Shown here: one piece after another, positions 8,739 to 17,492 of the stretch | Layout of the letters: each line of letters opens with the position of its first letter | Position numbering within the stretch: position 1 is the first letter of the stretch | Source: a virus | IMG/VR virus record: IMGVR_UViG_3300028394_000042 | Reading direction: 5' to 3' (one strand) | DNA length: 64,000 nucleotides | The notes under the pieces: generated by a model | The model's database searches: none | The model's input: the letters and a program-made list of their open reading frames with translations, nothing else | Told to the model about the DNA's origin: nothing | Program-made: the position numbers and the translations under genes

Positions 8739-11700
8739 TTAAAGCATGCCGAAGTCGACTGATGCCCCGCCGCCGCTTGGCTCTTCCATGCGTCGGCCCG
8801 CCGCGCGCATGATCACTTCATTAAGGCCCTGCAACACCAGTGTGCCGCCAATGTCTATTTTACCGCCGCTATTGTTGTTAACGGCGCCAGCATTATTTCC
8901 ACCACCAGCCTGTGTAGCTTTATTCGTTGTCTGTTGCGCGCCCTGCATCAAATTTTGTGAGTAGTTATCCGCGTCGCCAGCGAGCGCGTTCCGTCGGCTT
9001 ATTAAAAATGCGTGTCGTTTTTGGTCTTCTGGATTATCAAAAGCTTCTTCGCCTGTTTTAGCGCCTAAGCCAAATGTGGCCCAAAACCCAGTTTGTTCGC
9101 GTATCGGCACCACTTTTTTATTCACTTCAAAAATCTGCTTGTCGACATAGGCAAGCGGATTGCCAGACTCTAATTCTGCTTTGCGCTGGGTAAGTTCTTC
9201 GTAGCGCTGTACGCCTTTTGCTTTATCTTCGCCGCCTAATTGCTTCAGCATTGCCTCTCGCTCGGCTTGTACTTTAGCCAGTTCTTGCGGGTCTACCGGC
9301 CGCTGCTCTGCGTACGATACTGACGTGCCCATGCCCTGTTGGTGTGCTTGTTGCGTGGCTTCTGGTGTCATACCTACTGTCGGTGTTTGCTGCTCATTTT
9401 TGTCTATTGCTGTAACAAGCCGGTCAAAATTTTGTGCTTCAGCGCCACTCAATCCAATTCCATATTTACTGAGTGCGCTGTTGTTGAGCCCCTTCATTCT
9501 TTCAAGGGCCGCTTTGCGTTCGGCCGCTGGCAACTTGTTGAACATATCAACAGCCGCTTGGTCTGGAATAGTAAGCAACTGCGCACGCAAGCCGCGCTTA
9601 TCTTTATCCTGCATTATGGCGGCAAACGTGCCGCCAGTCGGATCTTGGCTTATGTCCTGCAACAGTTTTTTCTGTTCTGCTGTCAGTTCTTTCTTAACGC
9701 CCAGTTTGTCGTAATCGTAGTTCAGCTGACCGTCTGAGCTCACGCCAGTTACGTTGCCAACAGCAGCGGCTGCTGCCGCCGCCTCTGCTTCTCTCGCGGC
9801 CCGCGCTTCGGGTGTTTGCTCCAGCCCCGCGCTCTCTAGCCCGCCAAGTCGTGAAGCTTCTCTAAGCGACTTGGACAACGCCAGCGCCTCTTCTTGTCGC
9901 TGCTTAGACAGCCCACCGCCAAAAAAGCCGCCTTTGATTTTCTTTTCAAATCCCGCTGAGTCGCTATCAAGGGCCAGCTTTGCAAATTCTTTGATATCTT
10001 TTTCACTAGCCCTCGGCCCAAGGAACTGCTGCGCCATAGCGCGCGCGCCAGCTGCCACGTGCTCTGGCGTGCCGATGTTATGCGCGTTAAAAATGATGTT
10101 GGCGCGTTGTTTTTCAGCGTCGCTTTTTGCATTCTGGTACATACTACTTGCAACTTTAAGCCCGCCTCGCATTTCGGGCGCATACCGCTGCAAGATATCT
10201 TCACCAAATTGCACGTTACCCACGCGCTTTAACGAGTCACTGAAGCTACCGGACTTGCCTTCCCCCAGACGATCCAATTCTTCGCCAATACGCTGCGATA
10301 ACGCCGCTTCGTTTCCGGCAGAGACAGCAGCGCTTTGGTCTGCTTGCGCGCTAACAGTACCGCGCTGTTGTTCTGCCGCTTTGAGCACTTTTTCTGCGTA
10401 CGTCTGCGTATGCGCTGCCATGTTGCGCCCGGTTGTGTACGTTAGCCGCGCGCTCATTTCGCCGTATATGGTGTTAAACCCAGTCGCACGTTCCGATTCG
10501 GTTTTCCCCACCATATGTTCGAGATGTTGCTGCGCCATAGCTTTTGCTTTTGAGGCGCTATGTCCGCCGCCGGCTTTAGACATGAAGTGCTCGGTCAGTA
10601 TTTCTTTACTGCGGCGCTCCATTACTTTTGCTCGCGAGTCTGCCGACATGTCCGCTGTTTCGTCCATGATGACGTCGGCTAGTTTTCTAGTTAACAGCGT
10701 AGACGTCTGCTCACTGCGATTGCGGTATTCTGTGTCTGACATGCCGCTAGGCTTTAACGCCTGCTTTGCCTCTTTTGACGACAATCTACCGCGCATTTCG
10801 CCGCTGCTTGTTACTGACGCGTCGTTCAACAGGCGCTCTCGTTGAATTCGCATGCCGTAATCGGTCGTTGTGTAGGCTTCCGTATTTTCTTTGTCTCGAA
10901 AATACGCGTAGAGCTGTGCGTTAGACGCACCAGACTCGCGGGCCATGTTAAACACGCCGCTTACACCACGCTTAGCGGCCATTTCGGTAAGATTGACAGT
11001 CTTGCCGTTATACTCATACGTAGCCGCACCTTTGCGGTATGCTTCTACGGCAGCTGCCAGTTCGGTGCCCTTGTACTTATCTGGGCTTTCGCTGACCACG
11101 CGATTTAGGGTCGCTAACGACTGCCCAATACTAGATTTGTCGCCGCGTAGGCTGAGCATGCGCCTATTCTGTTCGGCTTCTGCTCGGTTCATTTTCCCTG
11201 CGCCCGCGGTGTCAAACATACCCGCGTCGGCCATTGCTTTTCCGCCAAGATTGCGCATCGCCTGTCCGCGATCAACAGTGCTTTCAGACAGCCCAATTTG
11301 TTGGCCGTAATTAAGGTCTTGTTGATGCGTTGCGACTAATTCAGCTGCGGACATGCCAGTCTGCCGCGCGACTACGCGCATCTCACGAACGAGCTTTTCG
11401 ACCTTTTGCGGCGACAGCGCTGTTTGCGCGCCATTTGTTAACTGTTGCAACGCAGCCATTAACTCTGGCACTGGCGCGTTTGGCCGCCCGTTGTCGCCAA
11501 AAATTTCTCGCATTGCTGCAAGTGCGCCGGTATGTTCTTTGACAATTCTGCCCGCACGTCGCGCGTCGAGCGCATTTGCGGCGGTAGAGAAACCGCCCAT
11601 TTGCTCAATCTCTTCTGCAGATTTAGAGCGCGGATCATTTTTGCTGAACTTGTCAATTTCTTTAAACGTTGTTTGCAGTTGCGTTTTATACTTACCGACT

Positions 11701-12545
11701 TTTTGCGCAAGTATGCCTTTACGTTCATCGCCATTCGCGGCTGCGTAATCTGAGTCTGTTGCCATTAAATCATCGTGGCCAAACTTTTCCGCCATGCGCT
11801 GTATTGTCTTGTCGTCGCGTTTTGCCGTGCCCATGACACGCACACGCTCCGCTGCCGTCATACCGCCAAGACTGCGCGACAACTTGCCCTGTTGAAAGAG
11901 CGTTTTTGTTATTTCACCGGCAGCGATTCCGCCAAAACCGTGCATTTCATCAAGGTTAGCGTCTTCGCCAAACATCGTGTCGTGCATCTGCGTCGAAAAA
12001 CTATCCAACGACGCAGCCGACATACGCCGCGCGCCCGTAGCCGCGTCTGGTCGGTAAAATCCCATGCTGTGCACGGCTGCGGCAGTAGCTGAAGGATCGC
12101 CACGCCGGCCAAACATAACGCCTTCTAGGTTCTCTGGCCCTATTTGCTGAGCCATAAAACTTTTGAACACCGGGTTATTCAACACAGCCGCGCCTGTATG
12201 GGCGTTAGCTATGTCTAGCTTCGAGGCTGGTTTTCCACCGTTTTTGGCAGCTTCAAAACCCAGCAGCTTTTTGGCTACCTCGGCGTTACCCGCAGCGTTG
12301 GCCGTAGCAATGGCCTGCTCGCCGGCTTGTTGATATTGCGCAGCCCGGAACGTGTCGGTTAGCGCTTGGCCGGGGTTTTGGTTGGCTAAGAAAGCATCTG
12401 GACCGCCCAAGCCGCGTACAAGCCCGGGGCCGTAAGTATTGGCCAGATACCCAAATGCGTTATCTATCTGGTACGGATTGCCCACAGGCGAGTACGCTGG
12501 CGCGGAGTACGGCTGCTGTATCCGGTTTGTAACGTATCCAGCCAT
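8739..12545 (-). CDS. Tail tape measure protein, about 1268 aa
   Basis: Long A/G/Q/K-rich helical protein after the chaperone pair. Start moved to ATG 12545, which has a GAGG RBS. Confidence 0.8.
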   Translation of the reverse strand: MAGYVTNRIQQPYSAPAYSPVGNPYQIDNAFGYLANTYGPGLVRGLGGPDAFLANQNPGQALTDTFRAAQYQQAGEQAIATANAAGNAEVAKKLLGFEAAKNGGKPASKLDIANAHTGAAVLNNPVFKSFMAQQIGPENLEGVMFGRRGDPSATAAAVHSMGFYRPDAATGARRMSAASLDSFSTQMHDTMFGEDANLDEMHGFGGIAAGEITKTLFQQGKLSRSLGGMTAAERVRVMGTAKRDDKTIQRMAEKFGHDDLMATDSDYAAANGDERKGILAQKVGKYKTQLQTTFKEIDKFSKNDPRSKSAEEIEQMGGFSTAANALDARRAGRIVKEHTGALAAMREIFGDNGRPNAPVPELMAALQQLTNGAQTALSPQKVEKLVREMRVVARQTGMSAAELVATHQQDLNYGQQIGLSESTVDRGQAMRNLGGKAMADAGMFDTAGAGKMNRAEAEQNRRMLSLRGDKSSIGQSLATLNRVVSESPDKYKGTELAAAVEAYRKGAATYEYNGKTVNLTEMAAKRGVSGVFNMARESGASNAQLYAYFRDKENTEAYTTTDYGMRIQRERLLNDASVTSSGEMRGRLSSKEAKQALKPSGMSDTEYRNRSEQTSTLLTRKLADVIMDETADMSADSRAKVMERRSKEILTEHFMSKAGGGHSASKAKAMAQQHLEHMVGKTESERATGFNTIYGEMSARLTYTTGRNMAAHTQTYAEKVLKAAEQQRGTVSAQADQSAAVSAGNEAALSQRIGEELDRLGEGKSGSFSDSLKRVGNVQFGEDILQRYAPEMRGGLKVASSMYQNAKSDAEKQRANIIFNAHNIGTPEHVAAGARAMAQQFLGPRASEKDIKEFAKLALDSDSAGFEKKIKGGFFGGGLSKQRQEEALALSKSLREASRLGGLESAGLEQTPEARAAREAEAAAAAAAVGNVTGVSSDGQLNYDYDKLGVKKELTAEQKKLLQDISQDPTGGTFAAIMQDKDKRGLRAQLLTIPDQAAVDMFNKLPAAERKAALERMKGLNNSALSKYGIGLSGAEAQNFDRLVTAIDKNEQQTPTVGMTPEATQQAHQQGMGTSVSYAEQRPVDPQELAKVQAEREAMLKQLGGEDKAKGVQRYEELTQRKAELESGNPLAYVDKQIFEVNKKVVPIREQTGFWATFGLGAKTGEEAFDNPEDQKRHAFLISRRNALAGDADNYSQNLMQGAQQTTNKATQAGGGNNAGAVNNNSGGKIDIGGTLVLQGLNEVIMRAAGRRMEEPSGGGASVDFGML

Positions 12546-12552
12546 GGCAGCC

Positions 12553-12939
12553 TCAATTGTTGTCCGCAACCATTTTTTTGTACCGCTCAATCAATTCGGC
12601 GGTTTCGCTGTCTATTATTGTATCGTTTTGCCCTGTAGATGACGGCGCTGCCGTTTTTGCCCACGGAAACGTTATTTGCCGCAATTCACTGAGTAATTCA
12701 ACTGTTTCTTGTTTAGTCTGTTTGAAACTGTCCTCAGTCAGATTACCGTGAGCCAACAACGCAAGGCGATGCGCGTAAGTATCGCGCAACACCGACAAAT
12801 TTTCTTTTCTCGCTACTTCGGACAGCAACAGCTGGTGCTTTATTCGCCATTTGGTGTTTCGGGGATCGGCACCGGTGTAGTCCATTACACCAGTCGCGGC
12901 AGCGCGCACCATCATCGCTGCTATTCGATCCCTGTCCAA
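12553..12939 (-). CDS. Tail assembly chaperone, downstream (T-like) frame; probably reached by -1 frameshift
   Basis: Frame opens just before the T5 run at the end of the upstream gene; adjacent to the tape measure. Confidence 0.6.
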   Translation of the reverse strand: MDRDRIAAMMVRAAATGVMDYTGADPRNTKWRIKHQLLLSEVARKENLSVLRDTYAHRLALLAHGNLTEDSFKQTKQETVELLSELRQITFPWAKTAAPSSTGQNDTIIDSETAELIERYKKMVADNN

Positions 12940-13940
12940 AAACTTGGCTCAAGCGCTACAGCTTCCAGAGCCTCTACAAGCCGCTGAAACCGCCGCAACT
13001 GCGCTTGCACAATCCTGCGCGTTACTTCGTGTGCCAGTGCTGTTTTGTTAAGCGTGGCGCGCATTGTGACAAGCGCAGTTTCGTTTTGTTTATCCGCAGG
13101 TGGCGTAAATACAACGTCTGCTAATTCTGGGTGCATCAGTACAGGTTTTCCGCGGCTGTCGATAATGCGTTCCAGAGAACAAGCCATTCGATACTCGGCA
13201 AACCGCACAAACCACTCAGACTCAGACAGGATGTCGCCGGCTGCTTGATCTAGCAGCAATTGGCGCTGCACCAAAAAATTCTCGTCAGCAAGCATGCTTC
13301 GAAACGTCACAATCATTTTTCCGCCGGCAATCTCGTAATCGCGACGAAACCGCGCGCCGCCGAGCAGCACAGCGATGAAATCTTCTTTGTCGTTCTCGGC
13401 AATTTCTACGTCAAATTTCTGTTTCATGTCCCAGCCGCAACGAGGACAAAACGGCAACACTGGCTCTGGCCCGCCAAGACCCGCGTCTGCCGCCCCCTCA
13501 ATTGTCGGGTCAATTGGCGCGTCCGGCGCTGCTTCTGGGGTCGCCGCCGCTGTTGGCTCTGGCGCTACAGTAGCTGGCGCTGTTACGTTGGCGCGGTCGT
13601 CGACAATTTGCGGGGTTTCTTGAAGAAACTTCTGGTACACCTCACGTACACTCGGCGACATATTGGCGGTCTGTGCTTCTAGTTGTTGCGCCGCAGCGTT
13701 GTTAGCCTCGACATTTATTGCGGCCGCAAGCACATTTTTTACCTGTGCAATGTCGTCGGGCTGCATGTCCTCAATTGCGATAAGCACGTCGCTACGCGCG
13801 GAGGCTGTTGGCAGGCGATCTTTGATCTGCACTAGCAGTTCGCCTAATGTGTGCGGAATAGGCTGTCCGTCTTGCCAGCCAAACTGCGTCAGCGTTTTTT
13901 TCGTGAAGTCAGACAGGTACGCGCTTTCGATAAGTTCCAC
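12921..13940 (-). CDS. Tail assembly chaperone (G-like), 339 aa
   Basis: AAGGAG RBS and GTG start; ends PSFWTGIE, overlapping the next frame; upstream of the tape measure. Confidence 0.6.
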   Translation of the reverse strand: MELIESAYLSDFTKKTLTQFGWQDGQPIPHTLGELLVQIKDRLPTASARSDVLIAIEDMQPDDIAQVKNVLAAAINVEANNAAAQQLEAQTANMSPSVREVYQKFLQETPQIVDDRANVTAPATVAPEPTAAATPEAAPDAPIDPTIEGAADAGLGGPEPVLPFCPRCGWDMKQKFDVEIAENDKEDFIAVLLGGARFRRDYEIAGGKMIVTFRSMLADENFLVQRQLLLDQAAGDILSESEWFVRFAEYRMACSLERIIDSRGKPVLMHPELADVVFTPPADKQNETALVTMRATLNKTALAHEVTRRIVQAQLRRFQRLVEALEAVALEPSFWTGIE

Positions 13941-13950
13941 TGGTTACTCC

Positions 13951-16827
13951 TTAGCGTCCAATAATGGGGTAGTTGCCGTTAATCTTTTTCTTCTGACTGG
14001 CATTGCTTTTGAACGACGGCGCTTTGTACGCGTCGTTCAGGTTATCTACAGCGCCGCGGTCTTTATCCCGCAGTGCGCCGCCGTTGTTTTCAACAATGCC
14101 CATATCCTGTTCAATATACGCATCGTTGTCGGCAAGCCATTTTTTGCCCGGGAACGGCCAAGTCTCGTCGCAGATCTTAGACTTAACTGGCTTCTCTGTC
14201 CACTTGTCTAGGCTGGCGTTGCCTATTCGCGCCATTTGCTGCCACCGGTCTTCATACAGCAAGAAGTCTGGAATGGCGTACTGCTCGTCAGTCCTGAATG
14301 AGAACTCCATAATGTCGACAACGCGGTCATTTCCGGGTTGTTTGTCGTCGTACCACAGTTGGCCCAGATACGTTTCGTCGACGTTTGTGCCCAGCTCTGG
14401 TAGCGTCTTGTCGATGTAATCGCGTACCTTGTCAATGCCTTCGTTGACCTGCGTCTGGCATTTGTCGTCACATGGCGCCACAAACTGCGCGCCTTTTGCG
14501 GCGGCTTTTGTGATGATGTGCCCCTTGCTGGCCAGAAAACCAATCGAGCCGTTGCAGAGCACATTGCCGTTGAGAATGATATCTTTATCAATCCCCAGCG
14601 GCCCGTTTAGCAGCGTAAAACCGCCACGGAACATGTTCGACTTCGTAACTGGGCCTTCTTCAGTTGGCTTAAAGAAGTGCAGGATCTCGCCGTCTTCAGA
14701 GACGTAGTTGTACATAGCCTGCGACTTCGTGACGATATCTGCTGTGCCCTTACCGGCGTCTAGCATGATATTGCCGGCGCCGCTATTCTCGCCATCAACT
14801 GTGCGCAGGTACATCTGGTTACCGAGCGCGACAATATTGGAGTTGGGCGCCCGCAGCACTACCCCGCCAAATTGCACGTCGTCACCGCACTTTTCGAAGT
14901 CATACGTCTTTTTGGCTGACCGGCTCTCGATAAGCACGCCGCCGTCATTGTTGCCGTTGCCAGCCATCACCATGACGTGCTTTTCGCTCTTGATGCGCAC
15001 ACTTTGCTTGGTTGTCGAAACGTCTACGCCCTCGTTAGCTCGCAGCACGCAGTTACCGCCAGCCCACATTTGCGCGTCACGGCCCGACTTGATCCAAACG
15101 TCTCCGGGCGCAGAAAGCACAAGGCAGCCGGCAGACATGCGAATTTCAGCACCATAGCCGTCTCCGATGACAACGCTGCCGTCTTCCAGCAACGACACAA
15201 AGCTTTCTGTCTCGTAGAAGTTCTGTTTGCCGTAGCGGTGGTCGATATTCAGCGAAACAGGCTGCGGCTCTTTCAGGTACATAGAGCCTTTGAGCGAGCT
15301 AAAGTCAGGCAGGCGCTGGTTGCATGTTGCGTACTCCAGCTCAGACTGTTCCCACGTTTTGTAGTCTTTGGTGTGCCAGTAAAACGGGTGCAGGCCGGAG
15401 TAGTTGAACAGGTAGCCGTGAAGGTCTAAAACAGCCGCTGCGCGCTGTAGGTTAGGGTGCGCGCTGTCTGTAGTCTGGATGTCGCCCGTAATCTTGTGCT
15501 CAGGGCCGTTGCCGTACTTACTGGCGGCTTTGTACGCTTGTTCGGTGTCGTCGCCCTTGCCAGACTCGGGTCGCTTGAGACGCTGCGGCATAGGGAGCAG
15601 CATGCGTTTAGATATCACAATCCCCTTGGCCGACGCTATGAACCGCCGCCCGTCTTGCCCGGTGTTGTCTTCAGCCAGCCCGTAAGCTGGTTTTTCTTCG
15701 TGCGTACGGGATTTGTCTTTACCGTTACCGGGGGCATCTGGCGCAAAACCACCTGTACTTGTGACTTTGGAGTCGTACGGCTGTGGCGGCGTACCAGCTG
15801 TATCGGGCTTGTAGGTCCAGAAATCAAGGCCCTGTGGCGGCGCGTGGACCACAGTTCGTCCGCCTTGCCCCAGATAACCAAAAAACTTCTGGGTGCGGTG
15901 ATACGGCTGCTGGAACTCGTTTTTGTTTTCCCAGTGCGAGTAGTGGGGTCTGCCTAGTGTGTTGTGGTAATCATCGGGCATGTAGACTTCAATGCCGTCA
16001 CCGGGTTTCAACATCCCGACAGCTTCCCACGGATATGGCGAGTAACCGTTTGTGTCGTTGCACTCTGCCTGATCCATGTAGGCGTCACGCTCGCTGCCAG
16101 CTGTCCACACCTGCAGGTTGTAGCCAGCCACGCGCAGCAACTGATCGTGGTAGAACCCGTAAATACCGCAAAACTCATTTACGGCAAGCTGCAGCATGAA
16201 GTCGTCAATGCTTAGCCGAATGCCGGTTGTTGAGATAGCGCCCCACTCGCCGGCAAGCGTAGCGTCGAACGGCCGCCAGTTGCTCCAATCAACCATCTGA
16301 CCGTTGAGCCGCTCTTTGATGTATTTCTTGTGGCAGTCGTCGACACGCTTGCGCGACGCCTGCGCGATGTAATCGTGGTACGCGCCACGACCAGTGCCCA
16401 GTACGCTAGGGTACGCGCCAAGGATGAACGCCTGCCCGATTTTGTCGTGCAGCATAATAATTACAGACGTGCCGGGCGTGTACGTATTAATTGACGTAGC
16501 GCCAAGGCAATTATTGCTTGTGTGCGTTGTCGCCTGCGCAATTACAGGCGCACGACCCTTCTCGACGAACACCTTGTAGCAATTCGCTATTGCTGTTCCG
16601 TCGACAATTTTGCCTAGACACACCCGGCCGGTGTCCTGAAACCCAAGCTTAAATCCGCATAGCTTAGAGAGCGGATCTGCTGCCGCCACACCTTGATTGC
16701 CGTTAGGCGGACTGGCAAATTGCGTATTGTTCTGCAGCCGCCTAACAGCCTGTGTCGGGTCGTAAGCGTACTGCGACGCGGAAGCCATAGGTTGCCCCAC
16801 CGGCTTCGAAGGCGGATTGCTGCTCAT
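13951..16827 (-). CDS. Baseplate central spike, gp5/VgrG-like, 958 aa
   Basis: N-terminal OB-like segment (GKIVDG...YTPGTSVII...FILG) and beta-helix-like repeats (DGSVVIGDGYGAEIRMSAGCLVLSAPGDVWIKSGRD). Confidence 0.65.
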   Translation of the reverse strand: MSSNPPSKPVGQPMASASQYAYDPTQAVRRLQNNTQFASPPNGNQGVAAADPLSKLCGFKLGFQDTGRVCLGKIVDGTAIANCYKVFVEKGRAPVIAQATTHTSNNCLGATSINTYTPGTSVIIMLHDKIGQAFILGAYPSVLGTGRGAYHDYIAQASRKRVDDCHKKYIKERLNGQMVDWSNWRPFDATLAGEWGAISTTGIRLSIDDFMLQLAVNEFCGIYGFYHDQLLRVAGYNLQVWTAGSERDAYMDQAECNDTNGYSPYPWEAVGMLKPGDGIEVYMPDDYHNTLGRPHYSHWENKNEFQQPYHRTQKFFGYLGQGGRTVVHAPPQGLDFWTYKPDTAGTPPQPYDSKVTSTGGFAPDAPGNGKDKSRTHEEKPAYGLAEDNTGQDGRRFIASAKGIVISKRMLLPMPQRLKRPESGKGDDTEQAYKAASKYGNGPEHKITGDIQTTDSAHPNLQRAAAVLDLHGYLFNYSGLHPFYWHTKDYKTWEQSELEYATCNQRLPDFSSLKGSMYLKEPQPVSLNIDHRYGKQNFYETESFVSLLEDGSVVIGDGYGAEIRMSAGCLVLSAPGDVWIKSGRDAQMWAGGNCVLRANEGVDVSTTKQSVRIKSEKHVMVMAGNGNNDGGVLIESRSAKKTYDFEKCGDDVQFGGVVLRAPNSNIVALGNQMYLRTVDGENSGAGNIMLDAGKGTADIVTKSQAMYNYVSEDGEILHFFKPTEEGPVTKSNMFRGGFTLLNGPLGIDKDIILNGNVLCNGSIGFLASKGHIITKAAAKGAQFVAPCDDKCQTQVNEGIDKVRDYIDKTLPELGTNVDETYLGQLWYDDKQPGNDRVVDIMEFSFRTDEQYAIPDFLLYEDRWQQMARIGNASLDKWTEKPVKSKICDETWPFPGKKWLADNDAYIEQDMGIVENNGGALRDKDRGAVDNLNDAYKAPSFKSNASQKKKINGNYPIIGR

Positions 16828-16883
16828 TATGCCACCAAATGGTGTGGTTACGGGCTGTTGCCCAAGGCGTATAGCCTAATACC

Positions 16884-16920
16884 ATAAACGGCGGTCGCGT
16901 AAAACGCAACCGCCGTTTAT
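16884..16920 (-). terminator. Intrinsic terminator after the sheath and tube genes
   Basis: 17-bp stem ATAAACGGCGGTTGCGT-TTT-ACGCGACCGCCGTTTAT with one G-U pair on the minus strand; T-rich ends. Confidence 0.8.
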
Positions 16921-16985
16921 TTTGTCTTCCATTACAGTTAGCGCCGCAAAAATTAAACGCGCGGCTAAACTGCTATCGTGCTTGC

Positions 16986-17456
16986 TCAGGTCTGGGCGTA
17001 ATCAAGATCCAGAAACATAAACGCCAAATTTTCGCTGACCACTACTTCTTGCGCGGACACGCTGCCGCCAATGCTGGTCAGTGTTGCGCTCTTTAATTCG
17101 TAGGACAGGCTTGCTTTGTTTTTGCCGCAGGCAGAACTAGACATTCCCAGCTTAAGGTGCGCCGGCGTGCACATATTTCCGTACGCCGTAACCATAGCCC
17201 CGAAGTTTTTTGAGCCGCTAACGAGTCGCGTGATCTGCGCCTGCCCTTGGCGCCGATTACCAGAATAATACACGTTTGCCGACCCAATTTCATACAGCAT
17301 GTTAATTTGACGCGTTAACGTAAATTGAATCTGCTGCACAAGTGCGCCTGTGCCGTCGCCAACGCCGTTGGGCAACGTTAACGTCAGATCTTCTGCGCGA
17401 AAAGATCCGCCGTGCGTTTGAAAAGGAAGCGCTGCTGAACCAAAAACTGAGGCCAT
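16986..17456 (-). CDS. Tail tube protein, 156 aa
   Basis: Directly follows the sheath gene; LVQQIQF...LYEIGS...G..QITRL pattern. Confidence 0.8.
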   Translation of the reverse strand: MASVFGSAALPFQTHGGSFRAEDLTLTLPNGVGDGTGALVQQIQFTLTRQINMLYEIGSANVYYSGNRRQGQAQITRLVSGSKNFGAMVTAYGNMCTPAHLKLGMSSSACGKNKASLSYELKSATLTSIGGSVSAQEVVVSENLAFMFLDLDYAQT

Positions 17457-17492
17457 AGTTCACCTAATGGTTGTGAGATGTGCGTACAAACC

